Below, piece by piece: positions 1-13,059 of a DNA stretch of 64,000 nucleotides. Every line of letters begins with the position of its first letter. Positions within the stretch are counted from its first letter, which is position 1. Made by a program: the position numbers and the translations under genes. Source of the DNA: the human T2T-CHM13v2.0 reference genome, Homo sapiens; assembly GCF_009914755.1 (NCBI RefSeq), contig NC_060931.1. One strand, given 5' to 3'. Below the pieces are notes generated by a model. That model did not search any database, had not been told where the DNA came from, and worked only from the letters and a program-made list of their open reading frames with translations.

Positions 1-862
1 ATGAAAAGATTACTCTTTTTCAATATACTGTGGTGTCACCTTTATAATAAAATTAATGACCATATGTGTGGAGATCTGTTTTTGTAGACTATAATCTACA
101 GTCTGAACAACTGGTTTATTTTATTATTTTATGCTAGGATTATATTTTTCATTACTGAGATTTTATTATAAGCCTTAACATCCTGCAAAGTAAATTCCAG
201 GTTCATTATCCTTCCCAATTTTCTTGGCCCTTTGCAATTCCATTTAAATTTTAGAATCAGCTTAATTTCTCCCAAAAACACTGCTAGGATTTTATTTAGA
301 ATACATTGAGCCTATAGAATATTTGAAGAGAATTTGAAAATAATTGACATTTTTACATTATTGACCTTTCCAGTTGGTAAACATTGTGTAGCCCTTCATA
401 TTCTAGCTTTTTAAAATTTATCTCAATAATATTTGGTAGATTGCATTGAGCGGCCCTTGCACATCTATCATTAGATTAATTCTCTGGTATTTTATTTGTT
501 ATGCTAGTATAAACAGTGTCCTTTGAAACATATCATTTTCAAAGTTTCCTTTTGTTTCTATATAGAAATACAATTGATTTTTCCATACTGATTTTGAATC
601 TAATGATCTTACTAAGTTTATTAATTATAGTTTATTTACAGTTTATTTTGCATTTTATGTGTACAATATCATGTCTTTTGTGAATAATTATAGTTCATTT
701 CCCAATTTCTCATCTGTATATCTTTTGTGTTATTTTACTGCTTTATTGCACTGGCAAAAAGTTATAATGCAATATTCAATAGTAGTTCCTATAAATAGCA
801 TCCTTGTTTAAGTTCTCACCTGGTAAAAAGATTTTAGTATTTTATCATTAAGTATAGCATTT
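1..862 (-). mobile_element. Old L1M LINE-1 ORF2 fragment, inverted segment
   Basis: Reverse strand reads as degenerate L1 ORF2 3' half (plus-strand signature TTTAAATTTTAGAATCAGCTT, TATAGAAATACAATTGATTTT). Confidence 0.75.
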
Positions 863-869
863 AATTCTG

Positions 870-1268
870 AATAAACTGGATATCCACATGCAAAATAATT
901 AAGTTGTTCCCACCTCCCACCATATATAAAAATTAACCTAAAATGGAATAAAAGATGTAAATGTAGGAGCTAAAACTATAAAACTTATAGACAGAAATAT
1001 AGGCATAAATCTTCACAAGTTTGGAGTAGACAATACTTACTTATCTAGGTCTCCAAAATTACAAGTGATTAAGAAAATGAACTTCATCAGAATTAAAAAC
1101 CTTTGTGCTGCAAAGGACATTATCAAGAAAGTTAAAAGACCACCTACAGAAAATGATAAAATATTTGTTAATAATATATTTGATAAAGGACTCATAAATA
1201 GAATCTATACTGTTTAAAACTCATCAGAATAAAAAATCAAATAACCCAGTTCGAAAATGGGCAGAAGC
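870..1268 (+). mobile_element. Old L1M LINE-1 ORF2 3' fragment, forward segment
   Basis: AACTGGATATCCACATGCAAAA...GAGCTAAAACTATAAAAC...AAAATGGGCAGAAG, typical L1M ORF2 end region. Confidence 0.8.
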
Positions 1269-3850
1269 TTTTTTTTTCCCAAGATGTTGGATTGGAGACT
1301 TTGTTAGCATGCCTCTCTCACTTGGGAAGACAAAATAGTGTATAGAGATTCATGTTGTGAACTTTTTTCCAAGAAGCAACACAGGAACTTAACAGGAAAA
1401 GTGAAAGAAACCACAGAACCTTTGAAAAAAAGTGACAGAGACTATACCATAAATCAGGTGGAAAACTGTGAGTCTCCAGAGTGTGAGATGGGGAGAGACT
1501 GTCTCTGTAATATACCATCCCACTGGGAAACCTTAGCAATCCAGGACATTGGGGAATCCCTTAACCCTACCTAGAACCAGAGCTGATGTAGTGACCAGTG
1601 AGGAGTACAGGAGGAGCAGCATCAGGGTGTGCTTTGCATGCACTCCCAGACTCCAGCAGAGAAGAAGGGAAGCGATTCCTGATCCTGTCTCACAAGGGAC
1701 CTCATGGAACTCAGCCAGCTAACTCAGGTGGCATTCACAAGTTGAGAGAAGCTCCCAAATGAGATTTGTGATATAATCTTGAGTGGGAACAAGGGCCAGT
1801 GGGTTCTGGCCCTTTGGCCAGAACCAAGGGGCAAGTGGGAAGTATGCTGTAGCCGCAGCTGCAGAAGCTGGGCATCCCTGCTTTGCAGGCAAACCAGGAG
1901 TGGCATGGCCTGAAAGCTGTGGCTTCTGTCTTAGTAGGGAAGGCTTATGGCCTGGGGCAGTTTTGAGTTCTGAGTGTAGGCTGCCTGGAACCCAGCTAGC
2001 TGCTGGAACACTGTGGGTGTAAAACCTGCCTTGCCAAGTACATGGGAGCTGGGTGGGGCTTACTGCTGCCTGCTACACCCACTTCCCTGTGCAGGTTCTT
2101 TTGTACAGCAGATGTAGCTGCACTTCTCCCTGGAACATTACCCCAGTAGCCAGAGAAATGCCCTCCCATCCCCACTGGAGCTGCTGCTTGTACCCACACA
2201 TGGGAAGCCAAACCACAGACTTACCTGACCTAGCCCCAACCTGGCTTTGTCCCTCCACCTGCCCTGGTAGTTTATCACAAAGGATGTGGACTTTGGGTAA
2301 CCCCAATGCCCTACCCATTGCCTGAGAAATCAGAGTACCTTCTCTGGCAAGGACATAAGGCAAGCACAAATCCTACCACTACCAGTGCAGCTGGTGCTTT
2401 TTTGCAAGTACCAGCTCCTGGCTGGAGGCCAGCCAACACAATCCAGTATAGCATCTGCAGGCAGAATAACACAAAGCCCAAGAAGGAGAAAACTTTTGCA
2501 TGACCTCGGCTATCACCATTGCCTGCATCACCCTGGCTAACCAGAAGGTCATGAGTCTGTCCATGTGACCAATACATTACTACTACAGCTGGCAGTTGAG
2601 AAAGCCAACACTCTAAGGCTATTTATAACCAAGGAAATCTCACAGAGTCTACATCAGTCCCCTGCTACCCCCATCAAGAGTGCACGCTGGTACCCACTGC
2701 TAGAAGACTACCAGACAGGTCAGATCACTAGGTTCCTTGCATACATTCCCCAGTACCAGTCTGAAGCATGGCAGCCCCACTAGGCAGTTAGACCCAGAGG
2801 AGCAGAAGGATTTGTAGTTCTCTGGCCCTCAGGGACTCCTACTCCAAGGGAAAGAGAAGGTGCATCACATCAAGGGAGCACCTTGTAGGACAAAAGAATC
2901 TAGATTGCAGGCCTTGAGTCCCAGAAGTTTTAGTTTATGAGAAGTTTCTTTCAGCAGAGGCACAGGTGCAATGCTTGGCTCAGTGGGGAAAGTCTGCAGC
3001 TCTACCCCAACAGTCAGGCAGCCCTGGGGCTCATGAAGAGTCTTGGAGGAGGGGGCTTCTTCTCCAACTCATCTACCACTACAGATTTAGCTGGGTCTTC
3101 TCCCATGGGAGCTCAGCATAGGTGCATTTGCAACAGTCTCTCTGGAACACTTCAAGGTGACTGCATCCCCACAGGAGGAGTGCCCTCCAGGTTCAGGCTT
3201 GCATGAAGGACAGCCACAATCTCTCTCTACATGGAACAATAGCATTCCTGCAGATGAAAAGAGGTATCTGTCTTATCTGAATATCTGGAACACTGGATCA
3301 GGAGTGGGACTGGGAGGTGGATTGCATTCCTGATGGCCGGGTAAGAGAGCTGAAGTTGCTCTCTCTTTTCCCCCTAAAAAGATCTTAGTGTGTTTCACTG
3401 AGAGCTCCCCCAGCTATCTTTGTCAAGGCTGGAACCTCTGCCCACCATTGGGCATTGCATTTATCCACCTGATTTAGCTGCAGCTAGTTTTTATCTGTGG
3501 ACACCTCCTTTGGACTGAAGCCTGAACTGTTCAACCAAGTGAATAAAATATTGGGGGGAAAATAATTTAAAAAGTGAATACCACTGGGGAATGAGATAAG
3601 CTTCATGAAACCTTTGCCATTGTGGCCTGACAGGAGACAGTGAACACACTGAGTACGTCACTACTGCAATCAGAATCTGAGAAAACCATCACACAAAGAC
3701 TCTATAACCAAAGAACTCATACAGAGTCTGTACCACTGAAATCACCCAGAGCTGAATTAGGTTTCAATAAACTACAAACATTAAAGTCAAATCCTTAAGG
3801 GGAAAAATAAAAAATAAAAAAGAGCACAGTCAACTCAAAAATAAATTCAA

Positions 3851-4665
3851 CTTCCTGAAGTCCATAGTATCATTCTTATGCCTTTGCACCCTCATAGCTT
3901 AGCTCCAACTTGTGGATGAGAACATAGAATGTTTGCTTTTCCATTTCTGAGTTACTTCACTTCAGAATAATGATCTCCAGTTCCATCCAGGTTGCTGAAA
4001 ATGCCATTATTTTGTTCCTTTTTATGGCTGAATAGTACTCCATGGTGTGTGTGTGTGTATATATGTATATGTATGTATATATGATGTGTATATATACGTA
4101 TATATGTGTGTATATATGTATACGTGTGTGTATATATGTATATATGTGTCTATATATGTATATATATGTATATGTATATATTGAGAGAGAGATAGAGAAG
4201 TTGTGATTATACATATCAGCCAGAAATTCATATATATATATCACAGTGTCTCTCTCCACTCATTGATTGATGGGCATTTGGGCTGGTTCCACATTTTGCA
4301 ATTGCAATTTGTACTGCTATAAACATGTGAGTACAAGCATCTTTTTCATATAGTGACTTCTTTTCCTCTGGGTAGACACCTAGTAGTGAGATGGCTGCAT
4401 CACATGGTAGTTCTATTTTTAGTACTTTAAGGAATCTCCACACTGTGTTCAATAGTGGATGTACTAGTTAAAGGGTGGAAGAGGGGTAAGAGATAAAATA
4501 CTACAAATTCAGTACAATGTATACTACTTGGGTGATGGGTACACTAAAATCTCACAAAGCACCACTAAAGAACTTACTCATGTAAACAAACACCACTTGT
4601 TCTTCAAAAACCTATGGAAATAAAAAATAAATAATATATTAAAATAAATAAGTAAATTAAAAAAA
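3851..4665. mobile_element. 5'-inverted (twin-primed) L1PB1-like 3' end inserted in the L1PB
   Basis: 3851-4469 is L1 ORF2 end/3'UTR on minus (MEYYSAIKRNKIMAFSATWMELE); 4470-4665 is the adjoining 3'UTR and A-rich tail on plus. Confidence 0.85.
4045..4198. repeat. (TG)/(TA)/(GA)-rich compound microsatellite inside L1
   Basis: Directly visible. Confidence 0.95.
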
Positions 4666-5829
4666 AATTAGAAGAAATAGTCTACCTGAATAAGACGGAA
4701 CCAAAAAATGATTCTGGCAATATGACAAAACATGGTTCTATAATAGACCCTGAAATTACACTAACTGTCTAGCAATGAATTCAAACCAAGATGAAATCTT
4801 CAAAATACCAGATAAAGAATTCAAAAAGATGATTAACAAGTTACTCAAGGAGATACAAGAGAAAGGTGAAAACTAACATAAAGAAATTTTAAAAATAATT
4901 CAGTATGTGATTGAAAAAAATATAAATAGAGATTTTTAAATACAAAACAATCATAACTTTCGGAAACAAAAGACACACTTAGGGAATTAGAAAATGCAGT
5001 GGAAAGTTTTAATAATAGACTAGACCAAGTAGAAGAGAGAATTTCAGAGCTCAAAGACAAAAGCCTTCAAATTAACCCAATCAGACAAAAATAAAGAACA
5101 AAGAATTAAAAGAAGTGAATACTGTCTCCAAGAAACATCAGATTATGTAAAATGGCAAAACCTAGGAATCACTGGTGTTCTGAAGGGAGAAGAAAAAATA
5201 AAAAAAAGTTTGGAAAACTTTCGTGGTTTTGTTTGTGATTTAGACATCAAAATATGAAAAGCTCAAAGAACTCTTGGGAAATTCACTGCAAAAAGGACAT
5301 CACCAAGGTATACAGTCATCAGGCTATCTAAAGTTAATGTGAAGGAAAGAATTATAATAGTAGTGAGAAAAAACCATCAGGTAACCTGTAAAAGAAAACC
5401 TATCAGACTAACAGCAGACTTCTCAGCAGAAGCCTTATAAGCCGGAAGGGACTGCGGTTCTAAATTTAGTCTCCTTCAACAGAATAACTGTCAGCCCAAA
5501 ATTTTATAACCAGCAAAACTGAGTTTTATAAATGAAGGATAAATAAAGTCTTTCTCAGACAAGCATATGCTGGGGGAATTTGTCACTACAAGAACAACCC
5601 CACGAAAAAAAATGCTGAAAGGAGTTTTATCCCTTGAAACAAAAGATTGGTATGCACCAGAACAGAAACTCTTAAGAGCATAAAATTCACAGATCCTATA
5701 AAAGAATAACACAGTGAAGAAAAGAAAAAGTAGGTAACAATCATCAAAATGACAGGAACATAAAATCTCACATCTTACTATTAATGACCTTATTTATCCT
5801 TTTTTAATGTTATTGCTTTAAGGATAGAT

Positions 5830-6004
5830 GGTGACTCCTAGGTTTTGGCCATTTTACATAATCCCATATTTCTTGGAGACATTGTTAATTCTTTTAATTA
5901 TTTTTTATTTATTTTTATCTGATTTGGTTAATTTGAAAGCCTCTGTCTTTGAGTTCTGAAATGCTCTCTTCTATTCGGTCTAGTCTATTATTAAAACTTT
6001 CCAC
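5830..6004 (-). mobile_element. Inverted L1 ORF1 fragment matching 4999-5172
   Basis: Reverse complement GTGGAAAGTTTTAATAATAGACTAGACC...GATTATGTAAAATGGCCAAAACCTAGGAGTCAC aligns colinearly with 4999-5172. Confidence 0.9.
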
Positions 6005-9000
6005 ATCTCAATATTAGCATTGCATGTAAATAGTCTAAATGTTCCACTTAAATGGCAGAACGGATAAAAAATTACAAGCCAAATATGTTGTCTTCAAGAG
6101 GCACATAAGGATTGTTATAGACTCAATATAAAAGGGTGGAAAATATATTCCATGCAAACAGAAACCTAAAGCAAGCAGGCATAGCTAATCTTACGTCAGA
6201 TAAAACAGACCTTAAAGCAACAACAGTAGAAAAAGACAAAGAAGGTCATTATATAATGACAAAAAGATCAATTCAGCAAGAAGATACAACAACCGTAAAT
6301 ATATATGCACCTAAATCTGGAGCTCTCAGATTCATAAAACGATTATAACTAGACATAAGAAAAGAGGTAGACAGCAACACAATAATAGTGGGGTCTTCAA
6401 CACTCTATTGACAGATAGACAGGTCTTCCAGGGAGAGAGTCAACTGAGAGACACTGCACCTAAACTGCACTCTAGAGAAAGTGGACCTAACAGATATTTA
6501 CAGAACATTTTACCCAAGAACTGTATTATATGCATTCATCTCATTAGCAAATGAAACATTCTCCAAGCTACACCATATTATAAGCCACAGGACAAGTCTC
6601 ATAGAGATTTTAAAGAAAAAATTAACATCACTTAGAGATTTTTTTCAGGGGTACATGTGCAGGTTTGTTACATAGGTAAACTTGCATCATGAGGGTTTGT
6701 TGTACAGATCATTTCATCACCTAAGTATTAAGCCTACTACCCATTCGTTATTTTTCCTGATTATCTGCCTTCTTCCACCCTCCACCATCTAAAAGGCCCC
6801 AGTGTGTGTTGTTGCCCACTATGTGTGTCCCTGTGTTCTTATCATTTAGCTCTGACTTGTAAGTAAGAACATGCAGTATTTGGTTTTCTGTTCCTATGTT
6901 AATTTGCTAAGGATAATGGCTTCAACCTCTATTCATCTTCCTGCAAAGGAATAAATCTTGTTCTTTTTTATAGGTGCATAGCATTCCATGGTGAATATGT
7001 ATCACATTTTCTTTATCCAGTCTAACATTCATGGGAATTTAGGTTGATTCCATGTCTTTGCTACTGTGAATAGTGCTGCAATGAACAAACACATGCTTGT
7101 GTCTCTATAACAGACTGGTTTATATTTCTTTGGGTATATACTCCATAATGGGATTGCTGAGTCAAATGGTATTTTCATCTTTAGGTCTTCAAAGAATCAC
7201 CCCACAATGTTTTCCACAATTACCAAACTAATTTACATTGCTACCAACAGTGTACAAGCATTCTTTTTTCTCCACAACCTTGCCAGCATTCATTATTTTT
7301 TGACATTCTGATAATAACCATTCTGACTGGTGTGAGATGGTATCTCATTATGGTTTCGATTTGCATTTCTTGAATGATCGGTGATGCTGAGTTTTTTCAT
7401 ATAATTGCTGGCCATATGTATGTCTTCTTTTGAAAAGTGTCTGTTCATGTCCTTTGCCCACTTTTTGATGAGGGTGTTTTTATTTTGTAAGTTTAAGTTC
7501 CTTTTAGATGCTAGATATTAGACCTTTGTCCAATGCATATTTTGCAAAAATTTTCTCTCATTCTGTAGGTTGTCTGTTTACTCTGTTGAGAGTTTCTTTT
7601 GCTGTGCAGAAACTCTTTGGCTTAATTAGATCCCACGTGTCAATTTTTGCATTTTTTGCAATCGCTTTTGGCAACTTTGTCATGAAATCTTTGCTTATGC
7701 TTATGTCCGGAATAGTATTGTCTAGGTTGTCTTGCAGGATTTTTATAATTCTGGGTTTACGTTTAAGTCTTTAATCCACCTTGAGTTAATTTTTGTATAT
7801 GGAAATGGTCCAGTTTTAATCTTCTGCATATGGCTAGCCAGTTATCCCATAACCATTTATTTAATAGGGAATCCTTTCCCCATTTATTTTTGTTAAGTTT
7901 TTTGAAAATTAGTTGTAGGTGTACAGTCTTATTTCTGAATTCTCTACTCTGTTCCATTGGTCTATATGCCTTTCTTTGTACCACTATCATGCTGTTTTGG
8001 TTACTGTATCCCTGAAGTATAGTTTTAAGTTGAGTAGTGCGATGCCTCTAGCTTTGGTTTTTTTTGTTTGTTTGTTTATTTGTTTGTTTGTTTGCTTATG
8101 ATTGCCTTGGCTATTTGGGCTCTTTTTTGGTTCCATATGAATTTTAAAATTGTTTTCTCTAGTTCTGTAAAGAATTTCAGTGGGAGTTTAATATGAATAG
8201 CAGTAAATCTATAAATTGCTTTGGGGAACATGGCCATTTTAATGATAGTAATACTTCTATCCATGAGCGTGGGATGTTTTTCCATTTGTTTGTGTCATCT
8301 CTGATTTATTTGAGCAGTGGCTTGTAGTTCTCCTTGTAGAGGCCTTTTACCTCCCTAGTCAGCTGTATTCCTAGGTATTTTATTCTTTTTGTGGCAGTTG
8401 TGAATGGGAGTTCATTCCTGATTTGGCTCTTGGTTTGACTGTTGTCAATGTATAGGAATGCTAGTGATTTCTGCACATTGATTTGGTATGCTGAGACTTT
8501 TCTGAAGTTGTTTATTAGCTTAAGAAGCCTTTGTGCTGATACTATGGGATTTTGTAGATATAAGATTATGTTATCTGCAAACAGTGATAGTTTGACTTCC
8601 CCTTTTCCTATTTTGATGCCCTTTATTTCTCCCTCTTGCCTGATTTCTCTGGCTGGGACTTCCAATACTGTGTTGAATATGGGTGGTGAGAGAGAACATT
8701 CTTGACTTCTGCTGGTTTTCAAGGGGAATGCTTCCAGCTTTTGCCCATTCAGTATGATGTTGGCTGTAAGTTTTTCGTATATGGCTCCTATTATTTTGAG
8801 ATGTGTTCCTTTAATACCTAGTTTGTAGAGAGTTTTTAACAGAAATCAATGTTGAATTTTACCAAAAGCTTTTTCTGCATCTATTGAGATCATTATGTGG
8901 TTTTTGTCTTTGGTTCTGTGTATGTGATAAATCACATTTATTGATTATTTGTAGGTGTTGAACCAGTCTTGCATCCCAGGGATAAAGCATACTTGATCAT

Positions 9001-12000
9001 GGTGGATAAGCTTTTTGATGTGCCACTGGATTTGGTTTGCCAGGGTTTTGTTGAGCACTTTGCATAAATATTCATCAAGGATATTGGACCAAAGTCTTCT
9101 TTTTTGTGGTATCTCTGCCAGGTTTTGATATCAGGATGATTCTGGCTTCATAGAATGAGTTAAGGAGGAGTCCTTTCTCAATTTTTGGAACAGTTTCAGT
9201 AGAAATGGTACCAACTCTTCCTTATACATCTGGTAGATTTCAGCTGTAAATCCATCTCCTCTTGGGCTTTTTATTTCATTTTTTGGTTGGTGGGCTATTT
9301 ATTACTGCCTAATTTCAGAGCTGATTATTGGCTCTGGGACTCAATTTCTTCCTGGTTCAGTCTTGGAAGGGTGTATGTGTCCAGGAATTTATCCATTTCT
9401 TCTAGATTTTCTAGTTTATGTGCATAGAGGTATTTGCAATATTCTCTAATGGTTGTTTGTATTTCTGTAGTGTCAGTGGTAATGTCCCCCTTGTAATTTC
9501 CAATTTTGTTTATTTAGAGCTTCTCTCTTTTCTTTTTTATTAGTCTAGCTAGTGGTCTGTTTTCTTTATTTAAAAAAAAACAGCTCTTGGATTTCCTGAC
9601 CTTTTAAATGATTTTATGTCTCAATCTCCTTCAGTTCAGCTCTGATTGTGGTTATTTCTTGTCTTTTGCTAGCTTTCGGGTTGGTTTGCTCTTGGTTCTC
9701 TTGTTCTAGTTGTGATGTTAGCTTGTTAAGTTGAAATCATTTTAACTTTTTGATATGGGCATTTAGTGCTATAAATTTTCCTCTTAACACTGCCTTAGAT
9801 TTGTCCTAGAATTGCTGGTATGTTATATCTTCGTTCTCGTTAGTTTCAAGGAACTTTTTGATTTTGGCCTTACTTTTATCATTTACCCAAGAGTTACTCA
9901 GGAGTAGGTTATTTAATTTCCATGTAATTGTATCACTTTGAGTGATTTTCTTAGTCTTGATTTCTAATTTTATTGCACTGTTGTCCAAAAGATTGTTTGT
10001 TGATATTTCAATTCTTTTGCATTTGCTAAGGAGTGTTTTGCTCCTGATTATGATATTGATTTTAAATATGTGCCATGTGTTGACAAGAAGAATGTAAATT
10101 CTGTTGATTTTGTGTGGCGACTTCTGTAGCTATTTATCAGGTCTATTTGATCTAGTGCTGAGTTCAGGTCCTGAATATCTTTGTTATTTTTCTGCCTTGA
10201 TGATCTGTCCAGTGCTATCAGTGGAGTGTTGAAGTCTCCCACTATTATTATGTGAGAGTCTAAGTCTCTCTGAAGATCTCTATAAACTTGCTTTGTGAAG
10301 CTGGGTGCTCCTGTGTTGGGTGCATATTTATTTAGAATAATTAGACTTTCTTATTGAATTGAAACCTTTTTCTTTTTTGATCTTTGCTGGTTTAAAGTCT
10401 CTTTTGTCAAAACTAGGATCGCAATTAATGCTTTTTTGTTTGTTTGTTTTCCACTTATTTGTATTTTTTTTTTACCATCCCCTTTATTTTAAGTCTATGT
10501 TTGTCACTGCATGTGAGATGAGTCTCTTGAAAACAGCATACTAATGGGTCTTGGTTATTTATACAGCTTCCCACTATGTGTCTTTTAATTAGGGCATTTA
10601 GCCAATTTACATTTAAAGTTACTATTGATATGTGTGGATTTGAGTCTGTCATCATGATGTTAGCTAGGTATTTTGCAGCACTATGATAAACCACACTGTT
10701 TACGTACACAATGGTCTGTGTACTTCATTGTGCTTTTGTAGTGACTGGTAATGGCCTTTCCTTTCCATATTTAGTGCTTCCTTCAGGAGTTCTTTTAAGG
10801 GAGTTCTGATGGTAACAAATTTCTTCAGCATTTGCTTGCCTGAAAAGGATCTTCTTTCTCCTTCACTTATAAAGTTTAGTTTGAATGGATAAGAAATTAT
10901 TTGTTAAAATTTCCTTTTGAATATTGGTCCCTAATTTCTTCTGGCTTGTAGGGTTTTATCCAAGAGGTTCATTGTGAGTCTGATGGGCTTCCCTTTGTAG
11001 GTGACCTGGCCTTTCTTTCTGTCTGCCTTTAACATTGTTTATTTCACTTTGACCTTGGATAATCTGAGCATTACATGTCTTGGGGATGATTTTGTGGAGT
11101 GTCTTACTGGGGCTCTCTGCATTTCCTGAATTTGAATATTGGCTTTTCTAACTAGGTTGAAGAAGTTCTCATGGAAGATATTCTGCAATATGTTTTCCAA
11201 GTTGGTTCCATTATCCCTATCTCTTTCAGGCACACCAGTCAGTCGCAGATTAAGTCTCTTTACATAATCCCATATTTCTCAGAGGTTCTGTTCATTCCTT
11301 TTGATTCTTTTTTCTCTGTTCTTCTCTGTCTATGTCATTTCAGCAAGCCAGTTTTCAAGCTCTGAGATTCTTTCTCCATTTGGTCTGTTCTGATGTTCAT
11401 AATTATGATTGCATTATGAAATTCTTGTAGTGTGTTTATTGGCTCTACTAGATTGGTTACATTCCTCTCTATACTGGCTATTTTGTCTGTCAGCTTCTGT
11501 AATATTTTATCATAATTTTTACTTTCCTTGCATTGGGTTATAGTGTACTCCTGTAGCTCAGTGAACTTCATTTCTATCCATATTCTGAATTATATTTCTG
11601 TTATTGCAGCCATCTCAGTGTCAGCCTAGTTCCAAACCCTTGCTGGAGATTTTATGTGGCCATTTATAAGAAAGATGGCACTCTGACTTTCTGAGTTTTC
11701 AGTGATCTTGTGCTGATTCTTTCTCATTTTTGTGGGCTTATCTACCTTCAACCTTTAAAGTTGCTGACCTTTGGATGAGTTTCTTTTCTTTTTATTTTCT
11801 TTTATTCCATTTGGTGACATTGAAGGTTTTATTGTAGTATGAGGAAGAATCAACTGACTGGCTTCATTTCTGGGAGATTTTAGGGGGCCAATCATCAGCT
11901 CCAGGCTCCCGGACTATGTGCTGTTACTCTGGGAAACGTGTATTGGGCCCTATCATTTTTTTCTGGCTTCTTGAGGTTTGGAGTCCGCTGCACTGGGGGG

Positions 12001-13059
12001 ACCAAAGTGTGGCAGCTGCAGCAGAGTGCTAGCAGATACAGGGGTGCCTGCCTCCCTGCAGGTGTTCACCACAGTGGTGGAGGCAAGGCAGCTGGCGGGG
12101 AAGCAAGGGTCCCCTCCTGATGATTGTGTGCACTGTTGCACTGGAGGCAGTGTCAGCTTGGGGCAGGGGGCTGGCCAGTGAAGGTCTGGGTGCCTTGTCT
12201 GTCTCCAGCAAGCAGGAGTGTCACTCAGGGTGTGGGAAGATCACTCAGGGTGTGGGAAGATCCCCTGATCTCTGCACAATGTCAGAACAAGGGTGAAGTG
12301 CTGACAGGGGTGGGGCTTCCTGGCTCTGTGCATCAAGGCTCCATCTGTAATGGTGGTTGGTGGGGGTGGAAGGGCACACTGCACTCACACATGCTGGTGG
12401 GGCAAGTGATGCAAAACCCACCCATGCAGATACATGCCAGCAAAATAATGTGGGGAATTGCCATGGGCTCAAAGAAAGCTAACCAGCTCTCCACCAATCA
12501 GGTGAGGTCCACAGACACAGAAGCTATAGTGTGGGCCCCCAGGGCACCTGAGACTGCCCTGTAAGCAGACGTGGCCAAGCTGGTGCCCCAAGTGAGGCCA
12601 GCAGACCAACCATCAGGTTGGACCAGCCCCATCTGATGTTCAAGACTACCCCACAGAGATCAGATCTGACAATTCCCCTAGGACTAAAGTCTTATGGGAG
12701 TAAGTTGAGCCTAGAAGGATAATTGACCCTGGCCACACTCCACTACAGACTCTCCTACACCAAAGCCTCTGGTCTCCACATCAGCTGGCTTGACTCCTGG
12801 GGCTCCATTCCAGAGAGATATGGGTCAGCAATTGGTCAGGATGGAGGGCCTGTGTTGTGGGCTGAAGCCAGGAGTTCCCTGTCTGGTAACAAGTAATGGG
12901 GGTGTTTAGGACCCATGGGAGACAGGCTGGCCTCCTCTCCTTGCATTGACTGTTCGAGGTATGGATGAGAAGCTTATGGTCTTTGCTCCTTTGTTAGTCT
13001 GAGTGTGGCAAGGATAGTTCCACTGCAGAGACAGTGGCAGAGAGGCTTTCAGTTGCCTC

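Larger units (their letters stand above)
1279..6620 (+). mobile_element. L1PB-type LINE-1: long 5'UTR, ORF1 remnant (~4690-5700) and start of ORF2 endonuclease; 3'-truncated and interrupted
   Basis: 5' start CCAAGATGTTGGATTGGAGAC...GCATGCCTCTCTCACTTGGGAAGACAAAATAGTG; ORF1-like sequence; track ORFs 6136-6348 (KDKEGHYIMTKRSIQQEDTTTVNIYAP) and 6481-6675 (MDLTDIYRTFYP) are L1 endonuclease motifs. Confidence 0.85.

Noticed and set aside
7500-11571. ORFs with reverse transcriptase, endonuclease and ORF1 motifs as an active system
   Set aside because: They are fragments of one decayed L1 with many stops and frameshifts; the same applies to 48.7-54 kb and 58.2-62.2 kb.
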